Below, one piece after another: positions 26,456-40,073 of a DNA stretch of 64,000 nt. Source of the stretch: Azolla caroliniana. Lineage: Eukaryota; Plantae; Polypodiophyta. Within the stretch, counting starts at the first letter, position 1. Each line of letters begins with the position of its first letter. The stretch is taken from NCBI GenBank assembly GCA_043228905.1, contig JBHGNT010000021.1:4464001-4528000 (forward strand), read 5' to 3'. Below the pieces are notes generated by a model that was not told the origin of the DNA, ran no database searches, and was given only the letters and a program-made list of their open reading frames with translations. A program made the translations under genes and the position numbers.

Positions 26456-27885
26456 CTGGGTTGAGCGGAATCGGAGTCGAAGTTGTCTCTAGTGCGTACC
26501 AAGATGCGGACTCGTCGAAAACGTTGTCTCGACTTGAGATTTTCGAGTTGAGGGGTTATAGCAGTTGTACCTCTTTTGCTCCAGTGAGTATCCTACGAAG
26601 ATACATTTCTCCGACTTCGAGTCAAGCTTTTGTCGCTTCTCGTCAGGGATGTGCACATATGCAATGGAGCCGAATATCCGAACGTGTGATAGGTCCGGCT
26701 TCTTTCTGAAAAACTTCTCGTGCGGAGTAAGTTCGTGCACACCCGATGTCGTACACCGATTCATGAGGTATACGGCCATGTTAGCCGCTTCTGCCCAGTA
26801 TGACTTCGGCACGTGCTTTTCGTTCATCATGGCCCGTGCTACTTCGAGCCGATTCTTTCGTTCGGCCACTCTATTTTGTTGTGGCATATGTCGACACGAA
26901 AACTGCTACCGAATTCCTTCTTTCCGTAGATACGCCATAAACTCATCCGAGAAATATTCCTTGCCTCCATCTGATCAAAGGCATCGTACATGTCGGCCCA
27001 TGGCTTTCTCGACTTCATTCTTAAATTTTTGGAAGTGTCTGAACACTTCGTTCTTTTGTCACATGGGGTAGATCCAGTTGTGCCTGGCGAAGTCGTAGAT
27101 GAAGGTCACGGAGTATCGGCATCCGCCGAATGTAGCCATCTAAGCTGGACCCCATACATCAAATTGAATTACGTTGAGTACGTCTTTGCTCACGTTTCGC
27201 TCCTTCGGAAATGGGTGCCCATGTTGCTTGCCGCACACATGCCTTGAACCTCTTTCTCTGTGAATGCCGGGAGCCTGATAATGACTCCTTTCAATTGCAT
27301 TGCCTTGAGGTTTGGGAGGTTGATATGGCCAATCCGCTTGTGCCATTACTCTATGTCGGAATCGGCTTTCGTGCCCTTTGCGAACATAGCCGATTTCATC
27401 TCATGCGAGTCGAGAATGAGCATTCGGCCCTGCCTTCGTCCGCGAGCGATGAGTCGGCCCTCTTTTTCGATGACGCAACCGCATTGATTAAATCAAACTT
27501 GCATCCCTTGCTCAACAATTTGGCCGACAGAGACCAAATTATTCGTAATGGTTGGTACAACAATACATTTTTAATAAAAGTTTGGTTACCTTCTTTGCTG
27601 AATGGGACATTACCGATGTGTCGAATCGGATGCGTAGTGTTGTCTCCGGTTTCGACATAGCCGGGTCGGTCTGGCTCTCGAAGTTCTCGGAACCATTCTT
27701 GATGAGATGTCATATAGTTCGAGGCACCAAAGTCGACAAAACATACGTCTTCCAAACTAGATGCGCTATTCGAAGTAGAAGCCGACATAGAATTTGCTCT
27801 ATGTCTCATCACGAACATTCCGCCATGGTCTTCATAGTCAGAGTTGGTGGTGTAATTGGTGAGTTGTCAGCTTTTGGAAGCTGAA
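26456..27885 (-). pseudogene. pol: Copia C fragment 4 (protease to integrase)
   Basis: FVDFGASNYMTSH (copia protease), QFDVWGP, PQQNRVAERKNR, KLDSKSEKCIFVGYS. Confidence 0.88.
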
Positions 27886-27889
27886 TCGT

Positions 27890-29477
27890 GAATCAATGAT
27901 CACTTCATGAAATTCCTTCTTCGCGATCCCTAGTACTTCTCTCGGAGTGTTAACTCGACTTTACTATCGAGAATCCTAGATTCGAGCACATGCTTTAGGT
28001 CGGTGGATGTTTCTATGTTGGAGGTGAGTTTGAATGACGAGGTGACCTTCTGCTTACCTTTGTCTTCTTTCATTGCCTCTGCAGCAGCTTGTTCCATTTC
28101 CCGTCTCTTTTGCTCTCGGGTCTTAGGTTTTCTTGAAGGTCCCGTTTCTTCAGTTCTCCTTCTCTTTTCTTCGACTGTCATTTTGTGGGAATTTACCCTT
28201 GCTATCTTTGCGATTGCTGTGAGTGAATCTACTGGGTCATCCCACCCAGTACTATTCCTAATTTCGTCACCGGCCTTTCATAAGTCCTGTGGTTGGACTC
28301 TTTTATCAGTAGCAGACTTTATCACTTTTCCCCAGAATCCTGATCGAATTTGGGGATCATCGACCTTCAATCCAAAAGTAGTCGGAAAGTACATTGCTTG
28401 AACATTCTTCAACTCTTCGTCCTCCGTCACTTTCTTCATCCCACCTGTTTTTAGGGGTTGTCGGGTCTCCGAGGAGTGGATTCTCCCATTTTGATAGAAG
28501 ATAACATTTCTTTCTAATGCTTCCTTATGGCTCTAACAATCACTTTTTTGGTGCTCCGTGCTATCACATCATATGCATCGGTGGATGAATTCACCCTTTT
28601 CTCCTTCATTGGGCTTTTGTCTGGCACTCGAGCTTTCACCCTTCTCAAGCTTTGTGAACTTGAGTTGTAGATCCCGCATTCCCTTTATCCGTTCATTGAT
28701 CGCAGATTCTGGCACCTTTCCTTTGCCAACATCCATTCGGGTTCCCGATTCTTGTTTTGGATGTTCTTTGGTTGTTGTCTTTATTCTATTGTCATAGCCA
28801 TCCTCCATCCTTGGGTTCCTCCTTCTTTGTACTCTACAAGCCTCGGGTACTTTCGCCCAATCGGACACCAAACCGGTTGTGCTTGTCCAGTCTTCTAGAA
28901 GGATAGTGATATCTTTTCTAAAAGATTTATCTACCGCATGGACGAATAAATCCACCTTTTCTAACTGTAATAGTTCTTGGTCTTTTACCGAGAGCTCATT
29001 ATATCTTTTCTCAAGCTCCCTTAGCAACTCTGAGACTGAGATTCCTTTACCCCCTTTCTCAGTCCATTCTAGAAAGCTTTTCTTTGACATTTTGGTCTAG
29101 TCGTCTAGCATATATTCATCAAGCAATGTTTGACGAAACTTGTGCCAATCTTCACGGAATTTCTCCGATAATTCTATTACCATTGCTCGGACATCAAGTG
29201 TGCACACCCAATTGATATGTGACACTATTTGTACTTTGGTTGCCCCTCTACTGGCCATCTCATATTCGTAGACCTCGAGGAACCGAGTGATGTCCTCGCC
29301 ATTAAATCTGCTTATCCTCTCGATGACCATTTGTACGGTGAGTGTTAACTCACTTTCCATCCGATTCATCGCACTTTGCTCTTGCAGCATCCGATTCATC
29401 ATCGTCATCATGAAACTTGCCATCTCTTCATTGAAGCCCTTATTCGCCATCTCTGTGTTGGCACCTTTATCCGCCAT
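27890..29477 (-). pseudogene. gag: J gag remnant
   Basis: ERISRFNGEDITRFLEVYEYEM resembles the B/D/I gag, and LESRILDSKVELTLRE is shared. Confidence 0.8.
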
Positions 29478-29565
29478 TTTCTTTGATTTTCCGACCTTCT
29501 CTTTGGAAAACTTTTACTCCTAAACTCCCCTTGTCAGCGACACTTCGCATCGGGTTCACCAAATT

Positions 29566-30502
29566 TATCTCGTAAAGATTGTGGTTGTGTGTTGCAACCG
29601 CCAGGGTTTTGTGACTCGTGGATGATCGTGTGGATGGTGCGATGACAAGAAGCTGAGAAAGCAAGATAGTTGCGAAAAGAAATTTATTTGTAAAACACCA
29701 CTTACAATATTTATTTGCCAAAAGTTATTTTGCACAACTTGAACTCACAACCTCTATTTGAGAAGAAGCGTTTGAGATAGACCACTTCAAACACTTTAAA
29801 TTCTTTTTATTTAGTTGTCTTTCTCTTTCTCTTTATACATACCAAATTAATATTACAAAATTTGATTACCGAAAAGATGTTTTCTAGAGGATTCAAACTC
29901 ACAACCTTTCGTTTGTGATACACCAATTCAACTTCTTCCTTTTCTTTTCTTTTTTTCTTTTCTTTAACTTTTGTCTTTGTTTATGCAAGCCACCATCTTC
30001 TTTGGCAAGCTCTTCATCTCACACCCATGCGAGCTTCTTCACTCGTTTTTTCTTCCTCCTTCCTTCTCTTCCTCTTTTCCTTTCTCCTTCTCCCCTCTAC
30101 CCTCCTATTCAGCCACGATGGGAGTGGCTTTTATAAGGGGGGTCAACCGCCCAGCCACCTTGAGGCGCTTGACAAACCACCTCATGTAGGCGGTTTATTT
30201 TATATTTTATTTTTGTTTTATCTATTTATTTTATTTATAAATTCTACAAATTCGATTTTGTAGTTGTACATTTGAGAAATTATAGAAATAGCCCTCATTT
30301 AATTTTGACTCCCCCTTTTGACATAATTATATTTGTGTCCCGAGCAACATTAATCCTTCTGAAGCTTATATCTTGGGCTCCTGAACTCCGATTCACGAAC
30401 CGAAATTTTGCATATGCTCCTCGCCACAAGCTCCATATGAGAAATTGCTTTCTATAGACTTTTGACATTCCTTTGACATTGTGAAGCAATAACTTCAAGA
30501 CA
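29566..30502 (-). repeat. J shared internal LTR
   Basis: Flanked by a PPT (30503-30512) and a Trp PBS, and partly repeated at 34370-34668. Confidence 0.82.
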
Positions 30503-30599
30503 CCCACCCCCTCTAAACTTGCACACCTTTGGGCGAGTTAACACCACTTCATTTTGATCCTCTTTGAATGACGGGGTGTCTTCTCATTTTCTAGGAGAT

Positions 30600-33500
30600 T
30601 AGGTTCAGTGTCTTCTCTTCGTTTAAAAATATTTATTCTTTTTTCCGCAATCGGCGTCTGTACCTCAGTAGTAGGTAGCCTTATCAGTCACCTTCCGTAC
30701 TTCGTAAGGCCCAAACCACCGTTTTGCGAACTTCCTCATTGTACTGTACTGGTTCTCGAGGCTACTATCCAGTACCAATACCTAGTCTCCTTCTTGAATC
30801 TTTTGTGTTCGTAATTTGTTTACTTTGTCAAATCTTGCTTTGTTCTTTATTTGAGCTTCCTTCAATTTCTCGGCAGCCTTTTCTACATCTTCTGCTTGAC
30901 ATTGTAGTTGTCGGATATGAACAACTAGCAAGTCTTCTCTACTCATCTCCGACTCCCATGGTAGCATTGCCCATGTAGCAATCTTCTCTTCAATCGGAAT
31001 CATCGGCCTTTGTCTTGTCATGAGCTCTATCGACATATATCATGTCAGCTAACTGTGTGTGGTCCTATCTGCCCACAATGCATATGGCAAGACCTTCGGC
31101 TAAGTACCTACTTTACCTTTGCACGCCTTTGCAAGTGCTTTAACTATCGGGCGATGACCTCTTTCTATCTTTCCATTTGCCTCAGGATTATATGTTGTTG
31201 TTAATGATAACCGAATTCCAATTCTATCAAAGAACTCCCTTGCTTCATTAGAATTGAGCTCACCTCTATCGGCCACTATCTTTCCTATACACCTATATCT
31301 ACATACTATATCCTCTAATATGAATTGACATATTGCTGATGTGGTCTTCGATCTTAGTGCTCTTCCTTCAACTTGATTTGTAAGGTCTTCTCTAGCAAGT
31401 ACCAAGAACTTCTTTTGACCTACCCCCATTGGCATTGCCACTATATCTACCATCCACTTGTAGTGTATAGTTGGCGAGTAGGTCGGATGCAACTCATCTC
31501 TATGCTTAATGTTGGAGTAGATTTGATAGGTTGGGCATGTCTCGACATACCTCTTGATTTTGTTGTAGAATCCTGGCCACCAATATCTTTCCTTTATTTT
31601 ACTGAATGTTGCCCAGACTCCATGGTGTCCGACCCACTCCCTGTCATGTAATTCCTTTAATATATGTTCCTGCTGCACTTGGCCACAGATAACCAGTTGT
31701 GGATTTCCCATTTTACACTTTGGGTGCTTCCAAAGGTAACCTTGATGCAAGAAAAATCGGTGTGCCTTCTTTCGGAAATTTGAGAAGTTTCTCCCACTCC
31801 AATTTCCTTCCATGGTGCTTGTAGATACTTCCCGATTTCCTTAAATTCTTCGTTATATTCTTCTTCTTCTTTAAACTCATGTTCTTCATGTGGCTCACCC
31901 CCTCTAATTGCATTTATGGCTAAAGCAGATTCTTCTTTGTCGCTATCTGATTCTGCCACTTCCTCATTTTCGTATTTCGCTCTAGACAACATATCAGCCA
32001 TTACGTTCTTCTCACTAGATATATGTTGAACTTCTGGGTTGATGGTTTTGATGTAGACACACCACCTAAGCATTGCTTGGTCTGGAATATTGCAATTCAC
32101 AATAATGCCAAGAACTGGCAAACAATCTGTCTCCACAATCACCTTTGCACCAACCAGATAGTCCCTATCCGTCTTGATAGCGATGACTATCCCCCAAAGC
32201 TCTCTCTTCACTTGCACGGATTTCGTTGACGTCCACTAAGTACCTTCGTACCAAATCGAATCAGATGTCTTTCTCCTTCCTTATCTTGTTGGCTTATCAC
32301 CCACCCGATTCCAATCGGACTTGAATCAACTGTGAGGATTATCGGTCGGGTGTAGTCAGGTTGTTTCAAAGCAGGAGCTTTCGCCAAATTCTCCTTTAGT
32401 CTTCTAATTGCATTTGAGTGTTCTTCTGTCCATTCGAATTCTTCCCCTTTTCTTAATAGTTGATACAATGGATCTAATATGTGGGCATAATGTGGAATCC
32501 ACTTGCAATAGAAGACACATGCACCCAAGAACATCCGAACTTCAGATACAAAGTTGCATTCCTCTTTCATATTCTGTATTGCGTTGATCTTTGTTGGTGT
32601 TGGCTTCCTTCCATATGGCCCACACATATGTCCTACCACTAGTACTTCTTGAACCCCAAATATTGATTTTGGAGCCGAAAGTGTTAGGTGTACCTCCTCT
32701 AGTCTTGAAAGCACTTTATCACAATCTTCTATGTGATCCCGGACGAACTTCTGACATCTACCACTATCCAATTCTTCATTCTTCATTCTTTCCTCACATC
32801 CTTTAATGGGTATATCATCCAAGAAAGGCATGGTTATGTGAGGAATAAAATATCGGAGAACTTTGTGCATACCATTCATCATGTGAGTGACCGAGTTGGT
32901 CGCACCTTGAGGTAGGGTACACATCCGAAGTAATCCAATAGGAGTCCTAATGGAGGTGATATCTCGACTACTAACCGCAAGTTGGAACTGGTCGTAGCCG
33001 GAGTAGAGATCACACATGGAGTAGATCGTCCTTCCGGTGAACATCTCTGCAAACTCATCTACTATCGGCCCCACTCCTGAATTCCGGATAGTAACTTGAT
33101 TCATAGGTTGCATGTCTTGAATGAATCGAAGCTGCCCATCCTTCTTTTGCACCGTAAACCATCTACTCGAATATGGAGCGTTTGATGGTTCCAAGATGCC
33201 CATCTTCACTTGCTCTTTTAGAAGCTCGGTTAATTGCGGTATCCTTGCTCTTGGCACTGGGATTGGCTTCAGATTCCATGGAATGTGTGGTATTGTGAAG
33301 ATGACCATTGGTTCAACTACTTTTGGATCCACACATCCAATTTCTTCAGGGTTGAAGGAGAATGTTTTCTCGTGCTGCCCTAGCATTTTTCTAAATTCTG
33401 CTTCTTCCATAGGCGTTAGGAAGTTCCACCCTCCAATTCTTAGTTCTTTAATTGTTTCTTGCGTGAATTTGTGCCCAATTCTCTTAGGATCCCAAAGAAT

Positions 33501-34360
33501 TGGCTTGGTCGATACCTCCTTCATTATCTTTTCACTGTTTTCTGGAAGCGGTGTTGTTGTTGGCCGAACCTTCTTCTCCACTGTTTTGTACTTTGTGTTT
33601 ATTCGAGCTTCTTCATTTTGAAGATACTCCTTGATGGTTCTGAACATCTCAATGGAGTTTACCATAACTTCAACTTCATCATCTTCTGTCGTTAGAGACT
33701 CCAACTCTCCCACTGTATCTTTAAAACAATATTCCTCAAATATATTCACTAATTTTTCTTCTGAATCTATCATGCCTCTACCTTTTAATTTTAATTTTAA
33801 TTTTTCAGAATTTATTTCCTTTGAAATCTTCTACTATAGTTGTGCCATCTACCGATGCAACATATAATTTATCTTTATCTTCAATGCTATGAATGGGACT
33901 TCTTACCTCCCTCGGGCCATCACAACCCCTTTTTGTAAGAGCCCGCTCTAGAAATCCTGTACAAAATCCCCCACATCTCGTAGTGGATGATCTCGTAGAT
34001 GCTCCTTATTCCTTTCATGATTTGGTCGAACAATAAGGAACTATATTGACCTCTTCCCATCCTCACTCCGAATCCTGGCAAATGCCGCTCCGTTATCAAT
34101 CACTTTAGTCTCCAATCATATTGCTGTCATGTACGGTTGCCCTAGGATTACAGGATAAAATGACTTCTCTTGGACGAAGAAGTTTTGATCTACTGACATG
34201 TCCCCATTTGTAACTTTAATATTGGGGCATGCGCCACATAAATTCTCCATGACCTCGGTCACTGCTCTGACCTTCCACCCATGGTTTGTTTCTATTGGCC
34301 ATCTCCCGCGATTGTAGAAATTAGATGATATGATGTTAATCTCAGAGCCATGGTCGATGA
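30600..34360 (-). pseudogene. pol: J PR-RT-RH-IN remnant
   Basis: IDHGSEIN, DLYSGYDQF, FLDDI, LTVDSS, KWMVDIV motifs. Confidence 0.88.
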
Positions 34361-35239
34361 GCCACCATCTTCTTGGTTTTGTTTTATCTATTTATTTTAT
34401 TTATAAATTCTACAAATTCAATTTTGTAGTTGTACATTTGAGAAATTATAGAAATAGCCCTCATTTAGTTTTGACTCCCCCTTTTGACATAATTATATTT
34501 GTGTCCCGAGCAACATTAATCCTTCCGAAGCTTGTATCTTGGGCTCCTGAACTCCGATTCACGAACCGAAAATTTGCATATGCTCCTTGCCATAAGCTCC
34601 ATATGGGAAATTGCTTTCTATAGATTTTTGACATTGTTTTGACATCGTGAAGCAATAACTTCACGAAAACGCTTATCGAGCCGAGTGTCATAGACACACC
34701 AAGCGCAAACTAGGACGGAGCACAGATGATGGGGCTACGAGCAACGGATGAACTTGAACCTAGACGTGAGGAGGGTAGGAACTCTAGATGTTTTGAGCGA
34801 CACGAGGGCATGAAGACAAAAATAAAGATCAAGGCGACAAAGATGAGGTGAAACGAGAATACTAGATTGATGTGTCAATGACTGGTGTTGAATCCCTTGA
34901 GAGGGACCAAGGAGGTTACAAGTATTTATACTGTGAGTCGAAGAACATGCATTAGAATATTCGGGACAATATTCTAGAACCCTATAGAACCTTCTAGTTC
35001 TAGAACTTTCTAAAAACTCCTACAACTTGAAATAGATAATCCACTAATAATCTACTAAGATATACATAATATGACCATATATTTGGATGTGTTGGTTAGA
35101 ACACAACACTTGACTATATACAAGAGGTCAAGAGTTCAAATCTTGTCGTCATGTCTGTGACATTATGCTCCCCTTTATGACTACCTTTTCAAAAGTGTGG
35201 TGTAGGGGTGAGCTGAAAGAGAAAACCAAAGTATGTTGA

Positions 35240-36008
35240 GGTGTGAGTGACCATGACCAGTCCTCACCAGAAATAGGAGCACGGGTGAATGCGGGCAATC
35301 ATGTGTGGTCCTCATCGGATATGGGACACCAACGTGAGTGCAAGTGACCATGTGCGGTCCTCACCGGAGATTGGAACACCAACATGAGTGTGAGCGACCA
35401 TGTACGGTCCTCACCGGAGACTGGAACACCAACGTGAGTATGAGCGACCATTGTGCGGTCCTCACCGCAGATTGGAACACCAACATGAGTGAACGACCAT
35501 GTGTGGTCCTCACCAAAGACAAGAACACCAACGGGCATGAGCGACCATGTGCGGTCCTCATCGGCAACTGGAACACCAATGGACGTGAGTGACCATGTGC
35601 GGTCCTCACCGGAAACTGGAAAAGCAACGGACGTGAGCGACCATGTGCGGTCCTCATAGGAGACACGAACACCAACGGGCGTGAGCAACCATGTGCGGTC
35701 CTCATTGGAGACACGAACACCAACGAGCGTGAGCAATCATGTGTGGTTCTCACCGGGAACTGGACTACCAATGGGCGTGAGCGACCATGTGTGGTCTTCA
35801 CCGGAGACATGAACACCAACGGATGTGAGGGACCATGTGCGGCCCTCACTGGGAATTGGAACACCAACGAGCATGAGAGACCATGTACGGTCCTCACCGG
35901 AGATGTGAACACCAAAGGGCGTGAGCAACCATGTGCGGTCCTCACCGGAGACACGAACACCAATGGATGTGAGCGACCCTACACGGTCCTCATTGGGAAC
36001 TGGAACAC
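35240..36008. repeat. ~48-bp tandem minisatellite (~16 copies) inside K
   Basis: Unit approximately GACCATGTGCGGTCCTCACCGGAGACACGAACACCAACGGGCGTGAGC. Confidence 0.92.
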
Positions 36009-36059
36009 TTGATGACCATAACAACTAGGCAAAGTAGTGTTGATGACGACAACAAGAGG

Positions 36060-36440
36060 GTTGAAGATGATGATGTCGAAGACGAAGAAATGAAGGCAAT
36101 GATGTTGATGAAGCGACTTTGGAAGCAACGACTTTGACTATGGTAATGATGGAAGCGGAGAAAGAGATGAAAAGGATAAGAAACATAGTGATCGAGATGT
36201 TGAAGTTCTGAAGAAACACAAAGACACATATACAAAGGATGATGTCGAAGATGAAGCAATGAAGTCGAAGATGATGATGTCGAAGACGAAGCAATGAAGG
36301 CAATGATGTTGACGAAGCGACATTGACTATGGCAATGATGGAAGCGGAGAAAGAGATGAAGAGGATAAGAAACATAGAGATTGAGATGTTCCGGTTCTGA
36401 AGAAACACAAAGACACATATACAAAGGATGATAGAAAACA
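36060..36440. repeat. ~190-bp purine-rich duplication inside K
   Basis: GATGATGTCGAAGACGAAG...GAAACACAAAGACACATATACAAAGGATG occurs twice. Confidence 0.75.
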
Positions 36441-37238
36441 CAAAGATAGGGATGAAGGTGATAGGAAACATAGAGAAAGCGACGAAGATAATAAGAAACA
36501 CATAGAGATGAAAACGGTAGGAAACACAAGGAGAAGGATAACAATGACAAAAAATGCAAGATAGGGATGTGGAAGATGATAAGAAGTACAGAGGTAGAGA
36601 TGATAATGAGAAGAAACTAGGAGATAGATATGTGAAGGATGAGAAAACGAAGGGATGTTGATGATGGTAACTCTAGAACCAATGACGGTGACGATGGTAA
36701 CTCTAGAAGCAAGGGCGATGACGAAGATGGGTAATGCTTCTAGTTGGCAAGGGATTCAAACTGTCACGGACACACCCAACGCGGACTAGGACGGAGCATA
36801 GATGATAGGGCTATGAGCGACATATGAACTTGGAGCTAGACGTGACGAGGCTAGGAACTCTACATGTTCGGAGCGACATGAGGGCATGAAGATAGAAATA
36901 AAGATCAAGGCGACAAAGATGAGGCGCAACGCGAATACTAGATTGATGTGTCAATGACTGGTGTTGAATCCCTTGAAAGGGACCAAGGAGGTTACAAGTA
37001 TTTATATTGTGAGTTGAAGTACATGCATTAGAATATTCGAGAGAATATTCTAGAACCCTCTAGAACCTTCTAGTTCTAGAACTTTCTAAAAACTCCTAGA
37101 ACTTGAAACAGATAATCTACTAATAATCTACTAAGATATACATAACATGACCATATATTTGGATGTGTTGGTTAGAACACAACACTTGACTATATACAAG
37201 AGGTCAAGAGTTCAAATCTTGTTGTGATGTCTGTGACA

Positions 37239-37470
37239 CCGAGCGAGTTGCATAGCTCTTTGATCTTCAAGGTGTATCTTGTGATGAACATATCCCTTTG
37301 TTGGATGTTGTTCAACTCTTGGCGGAGTTGAAGCTTTCTCACGGTTGTGTTGGCGGCGAAAATCTTTTGTAGATTTTCTCACGCTTCCTTCGGCGTCTCA
37401 GCTTCTCGAATGTCCCAAGCATTTGGTTGTGAACACATGTCGCCAAGCAATACATCATTCGGCTTGCCAC
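37239..37470 (-). pseudogene. gag: Copia C gag fragment (continues at 40522-40552 and 34669-34685)
   Basis: Joined translation VDYAAWEQ-AASRMMYCLATCVHNQML...ETPKEAxENLQKIFAANTTVRKLQLRQELNNIQQRD...KIKELCNSLG-SIS, a copia-type Gag. Confidence 0.85.
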
Positions 37471-38439
37471 TGTCATGAATCTGTGAACATTATGTGGCTT
37501 CACTTGGGCTTGAACCCAAGACCTTGTAATACATAATCAAGAACCTAACCATTAAGATAGCATATGATTATATGAAACAATAAAAGCTACTTCTTGTAAT
37601 AGATTGATATTGTAAATGTTCTAGAACATTCTAGAACATTCTAGAATATCCTAGAACATCTTAGAATATTCTAGAACATTATAGAAATCACTAGGTTATT
37701 CTTTAGGAACCTATAAATATGGACATACAATTCTTCTCAAAACCAATTCGAATCACAATGAAGTTAGGACCTTACCACACTAGCTCGATTCCCAATCGTG
37801 TCATGCCGCCACCGCTTCCTCTCCAACTTGTTGATGGCCCAGAGTATGAGGTAGCCTCCATTCTTGATTCAAAGATTGTGCGCAATAAGTTGTATTATCT
37901 AGTTGATTGGCTAGGCTATACTCCGAGCGATCACACATGGGAACCTGTCGATAATGTTGTAATGCTCAAGCTCTTATTGACGACTTCCATCATCGGTATC
38001 CCAAGAAACCTGGCCCTGCATTGTTAACAACTCCTTCCACTCGTCGTTTTAAGAGGAGGGATAACAAGACCTTATAATACATAATCAAGAACCTAACCAT
38101 TAAGATAGCATATGATTATATGAAATAATAAAAGCTACTTCTTATAATAGACTGATATTGTAAATGTTCTAGAAAATTCTAGAATATCCTAGAACATCTT
38201 AGAATATTCTAGGTCTAGAACATTCTAGAACATTATATAAATCACTAGGTTATTCTATAGGAACCTATAAATATGGACATACAATTCTTCTCAAAACCAA
38301 TTCGAATCAACACCAGTCTTAAGCTCTCATCGCCTATCTTGTATCCATTCTTATTCTACTTTAATACATTCATTCTTCTCTTATCATTTCATTCCTCTTC
38401 TTGTGATCTCTTTATATCTTTCTTCTATCACTTTAGCTT

Positions 38440-39615
38440 CTCTCTTAAACGTTGGAGTACCTTCCAGACATGTATATCATGCTCCGCTTGTGCTCTAGAG
38501 TAAATCAATAGATCATCTAAATAGATGATAAGAAAGATATCTAGAAAATCTCGGAAAATGTTATTTTCCATATGTTGAAACACGGCAGGAGCATTTGTGA
38601 GCCCAAAAGGCATAACTATATACTCGAAATGGCCATATTGAGTGCGAAATGTAGTCTTCCACTTGTCTCCCGGTCGAATACGGACAAGATTATATGCACC
38701 CCCTAGATCAATCTTGGTAAAATGCTTTGCCCCACTAAAGCGCTCTAAAAGACTGGAAATTAAAGGTAGAGCATACCTATTTCTTATTGTCACTTTATTT
38801 AATCCCCGATAATCCACGACCAAACGAAGTGAGCCGTCCTTTTTCTTCACGAAAAAGATAGGAGCACTAGCTGGAGACTTTGAATGTCGAATAAATCCAC
38901 TTGCAAGATTCTCGTCAATGTATGCTCGAAGAACCTCAAGCTCCGTTGGTGACATATTGTAGATCGGACCCCATGGTGGCTCTTTTCTTGGCTGTAGAAC
39001 AATGGGACAATCGTATGGCCGATGCTTTGGAAGTACACTAGCTTTGACTTTGTCGAAGACATCAACATATTCTTGGTACTTTTTAGGAATGTAGACCTCT
39101 GACTTCCCTTGAGTGTCACTAGAAGGTGCAACTGATATGGCAAATAAGAATAAATCTTCTTTTGCTCATTCTTGGCATAATTGTTCTAGTGTGATGATTG
39201 AAATTTGATGAAGAGGAATAACATGTTTGGTAGAGGGTGAATTGGTAACACTATGTTTTTTAAGGGGAGGATCTTGGGTTCGACCCTTGACTACTATGTT
39301 TCCTTTTGAAGGGCACCTAATTTCTCGTCGTCTCCAATCAATTCTTGGGTTGTGTAGCTCGAACCATGGCAAACCAAGGACTATTGGATGCTCAGGGCTA
39401 CGGATTATGTTAAAGGAGACTACACATCCTAAATCACCTAAGAGTATGTGTATCAACTCAGACTCCTCGAATATCTTTCTAGAAGCTATGGGACGTCCAT
39501 CAATCACTACTACGGAAACTAGGCAAGGAAGTTTATGCAAGGCTATTTGATGTTTTCGGGCAAAATCTCTATCCATGAAACAAGAATTGGCTCTGGTATC
39601 TAAGAGAGCTGGGAC
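38440..39615 (-). pseudogene. pol: Inverted chromovirus PR-RT fragment
   Basis: LLDTRANSCFMD, LGLPW, FVKKKDGSLRLVVDYRGLN, MPFGLTNAPAVFQ, YLDD. Confidence 0.9.
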
Positions 39616-39619
39616 ATGA

Positions 39620-40073
39620 AGTTGACAACTTGGTGTCCTAACTTGACCAATTATAAACTAGATTATAAATGCTTGGGTCCTTTTGTCATCACGAAGCGGA
39701 TTAATGATGCAACATTCCGTCTTGATCTTCCTGCAAGTTTGCAACTTCATCCAGTCTTTCACAACTCTCTTTTGGAACCTTACCACACTAAATCAATTCC
39801 CAATCGTGTCATGCCGCCACCGTCTCCTCTCCAACATGCTGATGGCCCAGAGTATGAGGTAGCCTCCATTCTTGATTCAAAGATTGTGCGCAATAAGTGG
39901 TATTATCTAGTTGATTGGCTAGGCTATACTCCGAGCGATTGCACATGGAAACTTGTCAATAATGTTTATAATGCTCAAGCTCTTATTGACGACTTCCATC
40001 ATCAGTATCCCAAGAAACCCGGCCCTGCATTGTTAACAACTCCTTCCACTCGTCGTTTTAAGAGGAGGGATAG
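39620..40073 (+). pseudogene. Integrase C-terminus (GPF) plus chromodomain, partly duplicated at 37767-38063
   Basis: LGPF...LHPVFH.SLLEPY...EYEVASILDSK...LVDWLGY. Confidence 0.9.

Larger units (their letters stand above)
27886..34668 (-). mobile_element. Element J: old AT-richer Trp-primed gypsy arranged as partial LTR - pol - LTR - gag
   Basis: Partial LTR ~34370-34668 matches ~30205-30502. PR-RT-RH-IN lies at 30503-34360. The full LTR 29566-30502 has a PPT on one side and a Trp PBS (29545-29561) on the other. Gag lies at 27890-29477. Confidence 0.85.
34686..37238 (-). mobile_element. Element K: non-coding non-autonomous LTR element (2.55 kb), probably self-priming
   Basis: 477-bp LTRs 34686-35162 and 36762-37238, perfect TSD CCGAG, PPT-like AAGGGGAG next to the left LTR on the minus strand, no retroelement domains. 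Confidence 0.92.

Noticed and set aside
35088-35150. Genuine tRNA gene
   Set aside because: No convincing acceptor or anticodon stem, so it is kept only as a tRNA-like module.
35240-36008. ~48-bp periodic array resembling a CRISPR
   Set aside because: Units are contiguous degenerate copies with no unique spacers, there are no cas genes, and the array lies inside a eukaryotic LTR element.
35299-36559. Repeat-peptide and hydrophobic ORFs in K
   Set aside because: They arise from the 48-bp array and from strand purine skew, and are open in several frames at once.
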